A DNA stretch of 53,618 bases, filler included, from Jimgerdemannia flammicorona (taxonomy: Eukaryota), in assembly GCA_003990765.1 (NCBI GenBank). It is 3 parts of 3 records of this genome, joined end to end, with 100 filler letters (N's around TTAATTAATTAA, not from the genome) between each part and the next. Parts side by side here need not be neighbours in the genome. Positions count along the whole stretch, not along the records: positions 1 to 17,807 come from RBNJ01002398.1; positions 17,908 to 35,713 come from RBNJ01002399.1; 1 more part is not named here. One strand, written 5' to 3'. A program made the translations under genes and the position numbers. Position 1 is the first letter of the stretch. The number at the start of each line of letters is the position of its first letter. The notes beneath the pieces were generated by a model that was not told the DNA's origin, searched no databases, and saw only the letters and a program-made list of their open reading frames with translations. Positions 12,801 to 24,532 of the stretch are shown piece after piece.

Positions 12801-13705
12801 GGCGCAACATGCCAAGAATTATACTCTATTGGCGTTGAAGGCACTGGAGTCGTATACTCAGCCGTACTCGAAGCAAGATGCAGTTGAGGTTTGTTCGCAT
12901 TTCGATTCCTATTTGTTATTAAGGGTGGGGGATGAACAGGCTGGTGTTTGTAGGACCAGAGGTGATGGAAAGACTAAAGGAATATTGTTTGTTTTTGTTT
13001 TGTTTTTTGTTTCCCAATATTTTGTGTATATCATACAGGCCACCGATATTCTCCTCAAATACGTAAACTGGGCCCGATCGGCGCTGACCCACGCCAGCGT
13101 AGAAAAGCTCTTCCCTTACAAAGTCTGCGACTCCAGCGTATGGCAACAATTACTATCGCCATTGCAACTGAAGCGAAGAATCAATACGTATTCTAATCCC
13201 GCCTTCTATTTTTACACAGCTCTTCACCCCCGAGCTCCCCGACGACCTCGTCGTCGAGTTCTTCATCTCCGATGCCTTCGTCGTTTGCTCTATCTCCGCG
13301 CTGCAATACCACGCGAGCATGCCCACCACGTCGGCTGTGGCCAAATTGTTGGGTGGCCCCAAGCCGGTGAACAAAGTGGTGTATCCTTTTTGGGCGCGGG
13401 ATGAGTTAGGAATTTAGTGAGGCACGAAAATTTGAATGGGTGATGATGGAAAATGACGGCTCCACCCACAGAAATAATTACAGTAATGCCTCCTTGACAG
13501 AACTACCTCCATCGTGGAGTTTCTCCACTATTCTCTCCAATTATCCTCATCCCGAAACAGCAAATACAAAGACAAGTACGTGGTCATCGTCGACGAGATC
13601 GTGATTGACTCGAAATCTCCCACGCTGGTGGATATGCTTGCGGCTCTGAAATCGGTAGAAGATGCATGCCGACAGTTCCGGACCAAATTGAGTCTGTTTT
13701 TGTGA
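9844..13705 (+). CDS. RAV2: 17-exon gene: N-terminal BtuF/TroA-like (Fe/B12 periplasmic-binding) domain fused to C-terminal Rogdi/Rav2 domain, about 594 aa
   Basis: Hand-spliced exons: 9844-9934, 10030-10205, 10358-10424, 10597-10831, 10983-11060, 11191-11383, 11580-11601, 11734-11873, 11988-12059, 12161-12194, 12298-12340, 12444-12498, 12624-12710, 12802-12888, 13039-13137, 13220-13380, 13561-13705 (1785 nt, in frame). BtuF-like motifs: RVISLLPSAAEI, LVGRSHE, LKPDVIVTQDLCDVCSID, EWIDPFFVGGHWTP, ICPCGLD, DGNQMFNRPGPRLVDALEW. Rogdi motifs: ELAWLL, LKGYITINGSQIVKG, FTPELPDDLVVEFFI, DEIVIDSKSPTL. The two domain calls are firmer than the fusion itself. Confidence 0.8.
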
Positions 13706-13985
13706 GAGTAATAAACAAAGCGTTGATAATTTCCAATTCGGATCCGGGATCGTCTTTGATTAAATAGATGCGTTGTCGCGGAAATCTCAAAACGGTTGAA
13801 TGTTACACCTCCGCGAAGCTGATAGTCTATGGTCGTCCATAGTGATCACGGAAGATCTTGCCTTTCTTGACGGGGCTTGGAATTCGCTGGATAACGCCCC
13901 CTTTTTCCGCCCAAATCGCCACGACATATGCGAAGAGAAACAATAGACTTTTAGTCGGGTCTCGTTGACACTACTGACGTGCGAA

Positions 13986-15191
13986 ATGCGACTCAGGCTA
14001 TCTCCGACACTATCCCTCCTTGCTGCTCTCATCTGGCCTGCGCCACTTACGGTCGCGCAGCTCGCTCCGGGAGCGGCGCGCCTTGTTTCCCCAACGTCGG
14101 GCCAAATCGTTCCCGTTGGTAGTATATTGCCGATAGGAATTGCATTTCCGGGGCCGGGTAATGTTAGCGGTAAGTATGTCCTCTTCAAATTTTTGTCGTT
14201 ATACTCGGTAGCAAATCCGAACGTCCTAAAATACTTCCTGCACGGATCGTTTAGTGGTCAGGATGGACGTATACCTGATTGGAGTGAACCAGAGCGTCAT
14301 CACCCAGGCCTCGGGTTTCAACATCAGTATTGCTATCGCCGTGAACGCTTCCAACTCACGTTTCGTCAACTGCCCGTCTACCAGCACAAGCCAGGTGGTG
14401 GTGGCAGACACTATGACGGCGGTGAGCACGACGACGGTGAGCATGACAGAGGTGAGCACGATGACGGTGAGCACGACAGAAGTGAGCACAACGGCGGCGA
14501 GCACGAACGACAGCACGGCGTTGAATCACATCCACGCCCGCAGGTGGCGTCACACTCGGAAGCCTCATCACGTTCCTTATTCGCAGACCCATATGGCTAC
14601 TGCGTCCATGCCTTCGACCGTCTCCCATTCCACCTCACTCATTACAATCACTACTACGCAGTCCACCGTAACCGGTCCCGTCTCCACCTCCATCTCTGTG
14701 CCATTATCCTCTTCCCTTGCCTCCGCCACCTCTACGGCCGTGGTGGCAATACCGGTGCTGTGCGGGGTATACCTTCGCTGGGTAAACTGGACGGTACCGT
14801 TTCGAATGACACCGGGGATCTACAACGTATGATTTCTAGTCGATTTCTGAATTGATGACTTTGTGTTTCGACGTCCCCGTGGGTCAATTCATGGCATTGC
14901 ATCCTACATTCCATTTTCCTTCCTCAGTTGACATTCGGAGAAACCGATTCTACGGGCCCAGGAAACCTAACCAGCTTCTACATCTGGGGCGTCACCATAA
15001 ACATCACTCAGATGACAACCAACTTCTACCCTTCCGGAATCATATCTGTTTCTGGAGCCATCGCCACGGCGACAAACTCCGAGGCGTCGAGGAGGATTTC
15101 GCGGCACATATGGGGCTTGGAGGACATTGTATTGCAGGTCTTGCCTTTGATGATGGCGGGCATGTTGGTTAGGGTTCAAGGCACTAGGTGA
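13986..15191 (+). CDS. Secreted Ser/Thr-rich cell-surface protein, possibly GPI- or membrane-anchored, 3 exons
   Basis: Exons 13986-14169, 14255-14826, 14928-15191 joined by GT-AG introns in frame. Signal-peptide-like MRLRLSPTLSLLAALIWPAPLTVAQ, 15-nt repeats encoding VSTTT/VSMTE/VSTMT, several N-x-S/T sequons, hydrophobic C-terminus IVLQVLPLMMAGMLV. Confidence 0.75.
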
Positions 15192-15530
15192 TGATTAGTA
15201 TGAGGGGTGGGACGGAAGGTCCACCATCGCACACACATTATCCGCCTCCGTCTTCCGTCGGAGAGAGGAAGGGGGGGGTGTTGCTAGTGGTGGATGTGCT
15301 TGTATATATTTTACTACCATAATAGGCACAAACAATGAATGTGAATGGTGACGGTCAGCATTTACACAGTTCATGCTTGTGTGCTCTTGTGAATCAGGAT
15401 TGGTGTGCAACGAAGCGCGGTGTTATTATATTATAATGACGATGGTGTTGTTGTCTTTGCAGATTTCTTGAATAAATCGCCGGCGCCAATGGAATAGCGC
15501 CTGTGGTTTCCAATGGTGGGTAATTCTTCC

Positions 15531-15585
15531 GGTGTTGACGTATCAATGACTTGCATTGGTGTTGACGTTATCAATTACTTGCATG
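15531..15585. repeat. Two tandem 27-28 bp copies, each with a TTGA-N4/5-TCAA palindrome
   Basis: ggtgttgacgtatcaatgacttgcatt followed by ggtgttgacgttatcaattacttgcatg. Confidence 0.8.
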
Positions 15586-16086
15586 GGTTGAGAGGGTAAC
15601 ATCAGTAATGTTACTATAGCTCATAGCTGTGGTGGTGGTGGATGTTCAGAGAGCGTGAATTTTTTTTTTTAATTTTCCATTCTGTTATATAAGTGGAGTG
15701 TTGACGAGGTTTACGTATTAGGGGTGTGAAACTTAGAACAATCCATTGGGCATGGGGTGTAGGCGTGGGATTTTCCTCTAACCAGCATGATAGCGGCGGC
15801 GTATAATAAATTCGGGCAACAGTTCGGGCTCCCAATTCGGATAAATTCAGAGGCGAGCGGTCGGGGTAAGTGGATAGAGCGTGGGCAAACAGGGGTTGAA
15901 GTTGGTGTAGGTATTTTGGTTGGGTTAGATCCATGTGGATGACAAGTGGGGGAGTGAAAGGGGGGGTGGGGGGGTTGGGGGGGGGGTGTGGGGCGAGGTG
16001 CGGGTAGAACCGGTTAATTGCAATTGTGTGCATGCAGGGATCCAAGAATAAGAATGAGTGGCCTATAATCATACGCACCGGACTCG

Positions 16087-16094
16087 TGACGTCA
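16087..16094. promoter_or_regulatory. Perfect CRE/ATF (bZIP) motif TGACGTCA about 110 bp upstream of the ATG at 16201
   Basis: Exact consensus match in a proximal promoter position; function is inference. Confidence 0.35.
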
Positions 16095-16200
16095 TTATCA
16101 GTTCGTGCGATAGGATATGCAGCAAAAATGCCCCTTGTCTTGTGACTCCGGTTGCTCCACTTTTGCCGTTGTGAAGCACCAAAAGTTTCGTAAATAAACC

Positions 16201-17792
16201 ATGTCGCAGGACCTACTTCTCCAGCTCGCAATCATATCACAGATGCCTCAACAGCAGCAACACCCGCTCGGCCTCCACAACTTGCACCAGATGCCCCAGC
16301 ACCCCCACCCCCACCCCCACCCCCACCCGCACTCGCACTTGCACCGCGCCCACCAGCAACAGCAGCAGCAACACCAACAGCACCAGCAACAGCAGCAACA
16401 GCAACAGCAACAACAGCAACAGCAGCAACAGCAGCAGCAGCAGCAGCAACAGCACCACCAGCAGCAACACCACCAACAGCAGCAGCAGCAGGCGTGTGCC
16501 CTGAAGATTAGGAAGAACGCTTGCCTCGTCTGCTCTGTGTGCTTCACCTGCACTAGGGTGGGTATATATATACCGCTGACCATCATCTCAGACCCCCCAT
16601 GTTCCGTATTACCTATGACCCTTAAATGTCTAATTATTCGCCACATTCGCCTACTCCGCCCGTACCCGAACCCCTCTAGATCTATGGCAAGGACTGCATG
16701 TGCACAGAGGTACAGCCCCGTCGTGGCCGCAACCTTCCCCCCAACTCACTCGACTCCCGCGCAAAGAAGCTCAACCCGCAAGACCGCGACGATTACGACT
16801 TCTCCCAGCGATGGTTGGCTGAGAATGCGAATGACGCATACAAGGACCCCAACTCCGGCCTAGTCCTGGGCCTCACCACCATGACTGAGGTCTCGCTCTG
16901 CAAGGCCCACAGCTCTGCCCTGTACCGTGCTAAAAAGAAGCACGACAACATCAACAACCCCTCTCCACCGCCATCTCCATCAGGATCTAATGAGGTGCTG
17001 AGCCATCACCCAGGCAACAGTCCAAACGTCTGCGCCCACGACTTTGTGCCGACCCCTTCAACCTCGTCCCCCTTAATGATGAGCCACTCGCCCCTAAGTA
17101 TGAATGGGGCCGACCCTCAACCCTCTTCGTCCATGTCCACATCCATCCTACCTAGCTCCACCAACTCCGCTACCCTCACCCCGGCGAAACGTAAGCGCGG
17201 CAGGCCCGCAGGATCCATGTCAACCCAACTTCCCACTTCAGCCTCCAAACTGAATAATCCAATCTCCTCGGCGTCATCCCACCTCGCCTCCCTGAGCCTT
17301 GCCAGTAGGGCCAGTAATACTTTTGGCACCGGTGGCCACAACAGCAACAGCAACGCCATGCACATTACCTCACCCACTCTCCTCTCTCGAGCCATCCCCT
17401 CCCTACAGCCTCTCCAACCACTTCAGCCGCGGATGAACTCCCAGCAACACGCTACCAATCTCGCAGCCTCCAACATTTCCGCCTCGGCCTCTATCGTCGA
17501 GACCATCTCGCTCCGCGCCCCCATACAGCCGCACCAAGCCCCGCAATATTTTTTGCGTAATCTCGCCATCACCAATAATTTCACCTTCCGCGACTGCCTG
17601 CGCGAGATCGATCAACTGCCCCCGCCGCCCCTCGGAAAGAAAATCGTCATCCACAGCGCAGACGGCGATCGCACTTACCCCATGGACACCCCCATTCGTG
17701 GCGTCATCCCGGCAGGCCTCTCGGGCGGACCCCACGTCGAGCTGGTGCTGGCCTTGGTGGATGTGGCCAAAGTGGATTGGACTCGGATCTGA
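16201..17792 (+). CDS. PolyQ/His-rich protein with Cys-rich (zinc-binding-like) domain and AT-hook-like motif; putative transcriptional regulator, 2 exons
   Basis: Exon 1 16201-16557, intron 16558-16679 (gtgggt...ctctag), exon 2 16680-17792. Splicing gives CLVCSVCFTCTRIYGKDCMC, then CKAH, KRKRGRP, a Ser/Pro-rich linker and a compact C-terminal domain. Confidence 0.8.
16354..16491 (+). repeat. CAG/CAA(CAC) trinucleotide tract encoding polyglutamine
   Basis: Seen directly, in frame within exon 1. Confidence 0.95.
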
Positions 17793-17807
17793 AGCGAGAG
17801 AAGGAAA

Positions 17808-17907
17808 NNNNNNNNNNNNNNNNNNNNNNNNNNNNNNNNNNNNNNNNNNNNTTAATTAATTAANNNNNNNNNNNNNNNNNNNNNNNNNNNNNNNNNNNNN
17901 NNNNNNN
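17808..17907. other. Scaffold gap (Ns with TTAATTAATTAA spacer)
   Basis: 100 nt of N interrupted by a stop-in-all-frames linker; identical format at 35714-35813. Assembly artefact; true length unknown. Confidence 0.97.
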
Positions 17908-18051
17908 TTCGAAAAGTAGGTGGTAGGGTGGTGCTTGGGCGAGGGGAGGTTGAGGGAGGGGGGTTGGGCCCCCAGGGCATTGGTTGAGGGGGTGGGTGAC
18001 ATTATATTATTAACACTATAGACTTCGGTAATAAAGGGCAGTCCAAGAGAC

Positions 18052-18083
<32 letters not shown>
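17908..18083 (+). mobile_element. 3' end of a LINE with polyA tail
   Basis: 'gacttcggtaataaagggcagtccaagagactat-An' resembles the LINE tail at about 47497-47542 'gactggtaataaatgacagagtccaagtaactat-An'. Confidence 0.65.
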
Positions 18084-18084
<1 letters not shown>

Positions 18085-18085
<1 letters not shown>

Positions 18086-20400
18086 GGAACCTAAGACCAA
18101 CCTCCAGAATGCTACCAACTTAGTTCAGGAATATAATTCCCTAAATAACTGAAACCTGAATACTCTAACACCTATCAGTATATACTATATATTACCTTCT
18201 GAATAGTATAATTATTATGAACCAAATCAAGAACTCAGTAAGTTAAGACAAAAGAATACTGACCTTCTAGAAAAATAGCAAAACTGAAAGCCAGCCTATT
18301 CTCCCCATACCACTGGTGGGAAATGAGATATAGACATTTAAGAAGATTCCTTAGAGGAAATTCTTCAGCAGTGAATGACATCAGGATCACTTCCAGCATA
18401 CAGCATTGAATACATGACCCTTTAATATGTGAATCCAATATGTTAGGCAACTGTACTATGAGCATACCACTTTCTGAGAAAAATAGACTTCACCAGACTT
18501 TTGATCTCCCAAATGGTATAATAACACTAGAACAAAATTAGAAGGTCCTGACAAGGATGTCAAAAGCTAAGAAGGGGAGAGTTGTAAGCATACAACCTCC
18601 AAGCCACAGAAATCACATGTCACCCTCTGAACAAGCCACTAAAATCATATGCAACCTCTGAACAAATCTGGAAATCACCTGCATGATCATGAAGCTGAGT
18701 CAAACCAAAGTCACAATACACAAAGCTGAGTCAATATGAAGTCACAGAATATAAGATTCACACAAACAGAATCTTACTAATCAGGACCAAATATATATAT
18801 ACTGAGTACCAAGATACATTGAAACAGAGAACCAAAACAAACAATAATCACAACTTCTAAACATATATAAACATGACCACCGAGATCTATAACCACATCC
18901 GCACTGACATTTGAAATACCATTATCAACCAAGCTATACCCTCTCTACCCCTCATGAATATCCATAGCCTAGCACCCCTCTACTTTGTGGAAGCCTGATG
19001 GAATGCCCTGAATATGCTTAGCAAGGCCCACTGAATTGGACAAATCTCAAGCTACTACTAGATCAGCCACCTCCTGGAAGATATGGTTGAACACCCAGAT
19101 ATTACCCAGATGTCCCAATACCAGAAACTCATTGCCTGCAAATATTGAGAACTCTTCTACAAGTATAGTACTGTTATTCTTCACCTCCAAGTTACTACTG
19201 CTGAAATAGTTGCTACTCTGTCCTATGGCCAAATTGATGACATGATACAAGAACTCAACCACAAGTACCTTGAGTATGTTGAGACCACAGACAGAATCTT
19301 CCCATACCCCAACAACCATATTCTGCAAATGCCTCAAGTTGAATATACCATAAAAGACATCTACAATATAATTTAGTTTGATAAAGATGAAGCAGAAGAC
19401 AATGATCCCTCCGACACTGACATGACCTCAAGCCAAGGATCCCTGCCAACTCTGATCACACCACCAACCTTGCTAATGAACTTACAACAGTTCATAACCA
19501 CCTATAAGACCTACTGGGACAATGACTACTGATATAAATATCAATCTGCATTCACTCTCAATTACTTCAACTACAATGAAGAGACTGAAGAACACAACCT
19601 ATATCTTTAGACAACCCTCGAGATCAAACCAACAACTCCACTACCTGAGTACAAGCAATATGAACCACAGCTGCCAGCTTACTACAACTCGTGACTCATA
19701 GTACTATAACCTATAGAAGATATGCAGACAGCAAATCTGATAAAAGCAAAGATGATGCACTACTCTTTCACCCCCAACACCTTATCCAGCATATAAGACA
19801 GATGATGCTATCCTGTGGGATAGTGACAAAGTCCCAATATATTACTATCTCAGTAAACAAAGAGAAGTAATTTGCAAACCACTCTTCCTGGATGACTACT
19901 TCATCAGAGATGATGTCATTGATAGTGATGTCATTGAAGACTACCCAGACAGCATCTAAATCTATAAATAGCCTAACAGTTATAGTATAGTTAGATTAGC
20001 CTTATAGGATGTGACTGTGAACTGACTCAGCAGTCAGATAATCTCTTGACATATCAGATCACACTTGTACTATGTGACTGCATTCTGACATAGCAAAGTA
20101 CTAAGTACTATATCTATATTGAGCATAATCCAGATAGCCCCTCACTAGTATAAATACCCCCTCCCCCAGACCTCAGAATCTCAGACCTGAACAATCCAAA
20201 CACAACCCTGAGCACTTCTCTACAATATCCCTTTATACAACTACTCTTAGTATAACAATATTATAAATAGCAAATAAACCTATTTAATAACCTACAAACT
20301 ACTCTTAAATAAATTCACTTCCTATTAGGTCCCACTTCTAACCCCATCATGAAATTTCCTAATTAGGTATTGTCTGCAGCGATATACCAATTCAACTAAG
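18085..20400 (+). mobile_element. Degraded LTR-retrotransposon 3' fragment with a divergent copy of the accessory ORF (from 18873) and an LTR-like end
   Basis: The frame from ATG 18873 reads MTTEIYNHIRTDI*...SYY*ISHLLED...ELFYKYSTVILHLQVTTAEIVATLS plus an acidic tail, colinear with ORF 49920-48973. TATA-like motifs near 19962 and 20149. Boundaries approximate. Confidence 0.5.
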
Positions 20401-20637
20401 CTGGTCTTAGTTTCTTGAACTTCTTGAAATATGGAAAATCCTAAATATCCAGAACTAGTTCAAAAAAGGACTTTGGTTGAGATGTCAATCCAATCTTGAA
20501 ATCAATAAGTGTAGAGGGTGTACTCCATATGAAATTGATCTTGACCATAAGAAAATGGTCTTTCAGAATATCCAGAACTTCCAGAAAACTCTTCCAGAAC
20601 TACATAACAGTTACCCTAAAAAAGCAATTCTCTTACA

Positions 20638-21386
20638 GTTGGGATAGGAAGAGAGATGGCTGTCACAGATAGGAGAAAGGGTGATAACAGTGAATTAGTA
20701 TGGTGTTAGGCTGGGGGTGGTCATCAAGGCTGGGGCAGATACTGCTTCAGTGGGGCCTTTTGATTGATACATCACAGTTAGGTAGTAGGTATCACTCTTG
20801 GCTTCTTTTGGCGATTCAGTGAATTGGGCCCTAGTTGTCAGGGGGGGTCGGGGGGCCCAAGGCTACCTATTTCAGATATCTTGACTATACTCAACTGGAA
20901 CTGAGAGCTGACATAGCAATGTGATTGAGGCCTATAGGCTTGAGTAGTGGGGTATTGGGGGTCTTCTCCCACCTCATGTATAAGTCCTTTACTTACCTCA
21001 ACTGGGAGAACTAGGCCCTACCCACTATGTTGTACTTTGATGAGAGATTTTCTTTATCTGTTATTCTCTTTAGAGTGGCAGAGGCTATTCTATTCAGCTC
21101 AGGCATGACCTTGTATATATGTTGGGTTCTTGGGCATGTGCTTTTGGTCATTTACATATGGCTGAGTTTTCCCTGGTAGTAGAGAGAGCATGGTGTGCAG
21201 AATGAGGTGCAGGCTGTCATTGGGCCTGCTGCATCTAGTATAGTCAAGCTGCTAGACAATAACTAGCCTAGATTAATAGAAGGGCAGTGCTTGATGGGTG
21301 GTGGGGGAGGGTTTTGGCCTATATAGTCTAGGTTACCTTCCAATAAAAATCCGCGGGACATGAGTCCGTAAAACAAAAAAAAAAAA
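20638..21386 (+). mobile_element. About 750-bp non-coding polyA retroposon (SINE-like), copy 1
   Basis: Colinear over its whole length with the reverse complement of 43094-43867. Ends aataaa...ggacatgagtcc...An. No ORF. Confidence 0.75.
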
Positions 21387-24300
21387 GATAAGAAGTTAGG
21401 AAACTGTTGGAAATGAGGAAAACAAGAATAAACAACAGTTTGAAAAGAAGAAAGAGAAATGGAAAGGTTCAAAAAAGAAATACTAGTCATACCACACATC
21501 TAAGTAATAAAATGATGGGGAGGGTAGATACTATAGAACACACTAGGGATATCAATGTCAGCAACAGCAAGAACAATAAAGTCATTGATATATCAGCAAA
21601 AGAAGATATCCCTAGTCCAGAATGCAATAGAAAGAGGTGATGAAGGATCACATATCATATGAAGTTCATGGGCCAGGCCAACAAGGTTGGTAAGGATGAG
21701 GGTATAATTCATTCTCATGACAATACCAGAAGTCTGATGAAAGGAGCCAAGGACTGACTCAAAATAATTAGAGCCACAGATGAGGAGTGTAAGCTCAACA
21801 ATAGAAGCCCACAAGACTGGGGAATCTAAAGGAAAGATAATGAAACTCAAGAAGCAAAGATAATTATCAATTTCATCAAAGCAAATAGCAGTGTAGAAGG
21901 AGGAAAAATCACCAGAGGCCAAATGGGAAAAATGGTGAACAGGTACAATGGTGGAGCAGAGAAGGGTGAGCTCCTGAGTATCATGAAGAATAGTATACTC
22001 AGGCCCAAGATGGTGTTGTAGAAGAGCCATCCAGGAGAGAAAGAAGTGGGATAACCACTTGGAAATCTCAGTGATAGGGGAGCTAAAAGTAGCTGTAATG
22101 GGATGCCAAGCCAAAGTAGGCTTATGGACTTTAGGAAGAGTATAGAAAATTGAAAGATAAATGTCAACTGAGGACAAAGAGTCCTGGAAGAAGTTAAAAA
22201 TGGGGTTCACAAAAGGAGAATCTGAAAGTAGTCTAGTATGAGCCAGAGAGACCTGAAGGAGAGTGAGAACCTCATCCAATCCAAGAGCACTAGGCTTGTA
22301 AGCCATGGTTCAAAGGAGAGCAGAAAGGCCATCAAGATAGAGTGACTTAGAAATAAGTACAAAACCCTGATTCTTATAGCAAGTATATAGGCAATTGCTT
22401 GACCGATTTAAGTACAATATGTATGGCACAGTCCAAAATCAAGCAAGAGTGAGTATGTCCAGGAATGGACAGCATGTAAGCCATGTCAAGGAATATGCAG
22501 TGTGAAGAGATATTGGGAGGGGGGGCCCAATCACTAGGAATAAAATAGTAAGAGAGCATCTCACTATGATTTTTGAAGAAAATGGTAAGGTTAAGAGCAC
22601 AATGAAAATATATGAGACAAGCCAGATCAGTAAAGGAGAATTGTGAGAGAGTTGTAGGAAAAATAAAGTGAGGACCCAAGGATAAGGTAAAGACTTGAAG
22701 AGGAGAAAGGAGGCAGTCAGGTATAGAAAAAGAAGGAGACAAAAGTATTCCAAAAGAAGAATAAACCCAAAAATTCAAGACAAGCAACTGGGAAAGATGA
22801 AAGGGGAACAATATGAGGAATCACTTAGGACACACCAGAAGTGATGATAGAATCTGAGAAGAAATGGGGACACCAGGGAAGAACTATGCTGGGGGTAAGT
22901 TTAAGAGCAGGAGGCCTTCCCCTTCTCTCTGACTTTTTTTGAAGATGGTGAACCCAACAAATGGAAGCACTCCCCATCAGAGTGCCAGATCTTATAGCTA
23001 TAGGCTTTTGTGCAGCCCTTACATTTAGAGGCATAGATAGAGAAGGCAGAGAAGGAACCAGCAGAGGAGACAAAGGGAGAGTGAGCAGCCAAAGGAGCAG
23101 CAGTGCAAGGGACACCACCATGGGGGCAGATGGACTTGGATAGGTACCAGTAGGCATGGTGGAGGTGACCAGGGCAGATGGCACAAGACCAGGCCCTGAT
23201 GGGGTGAGAACCAAGTTAGTGGCCATACTTAGGGGCAGGGGAACAGAGGAGGAGGCCTTGGTGGAGAAGGGGGACTGGGAAGAGGCCAACAAAGCCTGGT
23301 TGGACTTAGTGGGAGTCTTGGCAGGAACCTTGGCTGTGGCAACAGCAAAGGAACATATCTTAGCATGGGCAGTGATATGAGTCTTAGTATGGATGGCCTC
23401 AGAGACTAAAATCTCAGAGGAGATAGGCAGGGGAGTAGTGGTGGTGGCATGAGTAGTGGCAGCAGCATGTGACATTTCCTGCTCATAAAGACAAGTGACA
23501 AAAGAAGTGCCAGCAAGAAGGAAATGATGAATAGTATTGATATTGGCAGCAGAAGAGGGAATATCTTAGACAATAAAGCTATAGAAAGGGATAGTATCTG
23601 TAAGACAAGAGGAGGTGAAGGCCATAAAAGTGGTACAGGTATAGTAGAAGAAGATGAAAGTGGCAGCAGCAGAAGTAGCAGTGGCATCAGCAGTAGCAAG
23701 CTTAGTGGTAGCAGTGGTGGTGCAAACCTCTTTAGAGAGGGCTTGACAGCAGGCCTCAGAAAGAATAGAGTAGCAGATGGCAGACAGAGCAATGATGTTG
23801 ACTTTATGGTGGAGACAAGCCTTCTTGGTAGAGAGGGCAAGAACTGACCAGAACTGAGAGAGGAGCAGATGACCAGAAGGATGAAGGTCCAGGGGGAGGA
23901 AGAGGATGGCAGATGAGATATAGGTCTCAAACAAGATAGTGGTAGAGACAAAAGCAGAGGGAGGAGGAGAAAGAATCTTGTCCATAATCTCATCAATGAG
24001 AACAGAGGCCCCAAGGGCAGACAGTATAGCAGAGGAGGAGGAAGGCCCAGTGGGAACCATGGGAGCAAACCCAGAGGCAGTGTCAAAGTGAATAGAAGAC
24101 ATGTGAAAGAGTATATATAAGGGAGACAAATAAAGAATATAACCAAAAATGCATCAGCCATTTAATACCATATAAAAATGTGGTCCTTATATATAAAATA
24201 TAATGTCTTAAAAGAGAGGACATACCACAACTCAGAGTGAACTGAATTAGAAACTACATGATTACTAGAGATAAGCAGAGATAAAGAGGGAGCCAATCCC

Positions 24301-24532
24301 AGTTGCAGGATAAAAATCACAAACAAACACAAACAAAACAAATTCAAATCAAGATTAAAAAACATCCACAGACCCCAGAGGGGTGAGCACAAGTGAGGGG
24401 TGAGGCTGAAATAGAGTGAGCCATAGTAAGCTCAAGCAAAGTGAGGGGCCAAAGACAGCAGAGGGGAGTGGAGTAAGGCCAAGATCCCAGAGTGAGTACA
24501 AGACCCCAGAGAGAGCAAGAATATTTTTTAAT
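21387..24532 (-). mobile_element. Penelope-like retroelement (PLE), copy A, 3'-truncated and degraded
   Basis: ORF 21593-22306 has PLE RT motifs FYTLPKVHKP..W(R)PI, GDFSSFYT, NYF...FHQTSGI(AMG), L(A)NL, then *YINDF. KNQGFVLI (DKG-like motif) lies upstream. Upstream ORF remnants include CKGC-x8-H-x4-C. Confidence 0.85.

Noticed and set aside
13965..14855. 296-aa ORF with GEHDD repeats
   Set aside because: It reads through the intron at 14170-14254 into the wrong frame; the spliced Ser/Thr-rich frame is the coherent one.
16237..16646. Poly-Leu and poly-Cys ORFs on the minus strand
   Set aside because: Antisense shadows of the CAG/CAA tract.
17852..17863. TTAATTAATTAA palindrome, also in the second gap
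   Set aside because: Artificial linker within N gaps.
20991..20999. acttacctc resembling the U1 snRNA 5' end
   Set aside because: No U1 stem-loops or Sm site recognisable downstream; it is an internal 9-mer of the SINE-like element.
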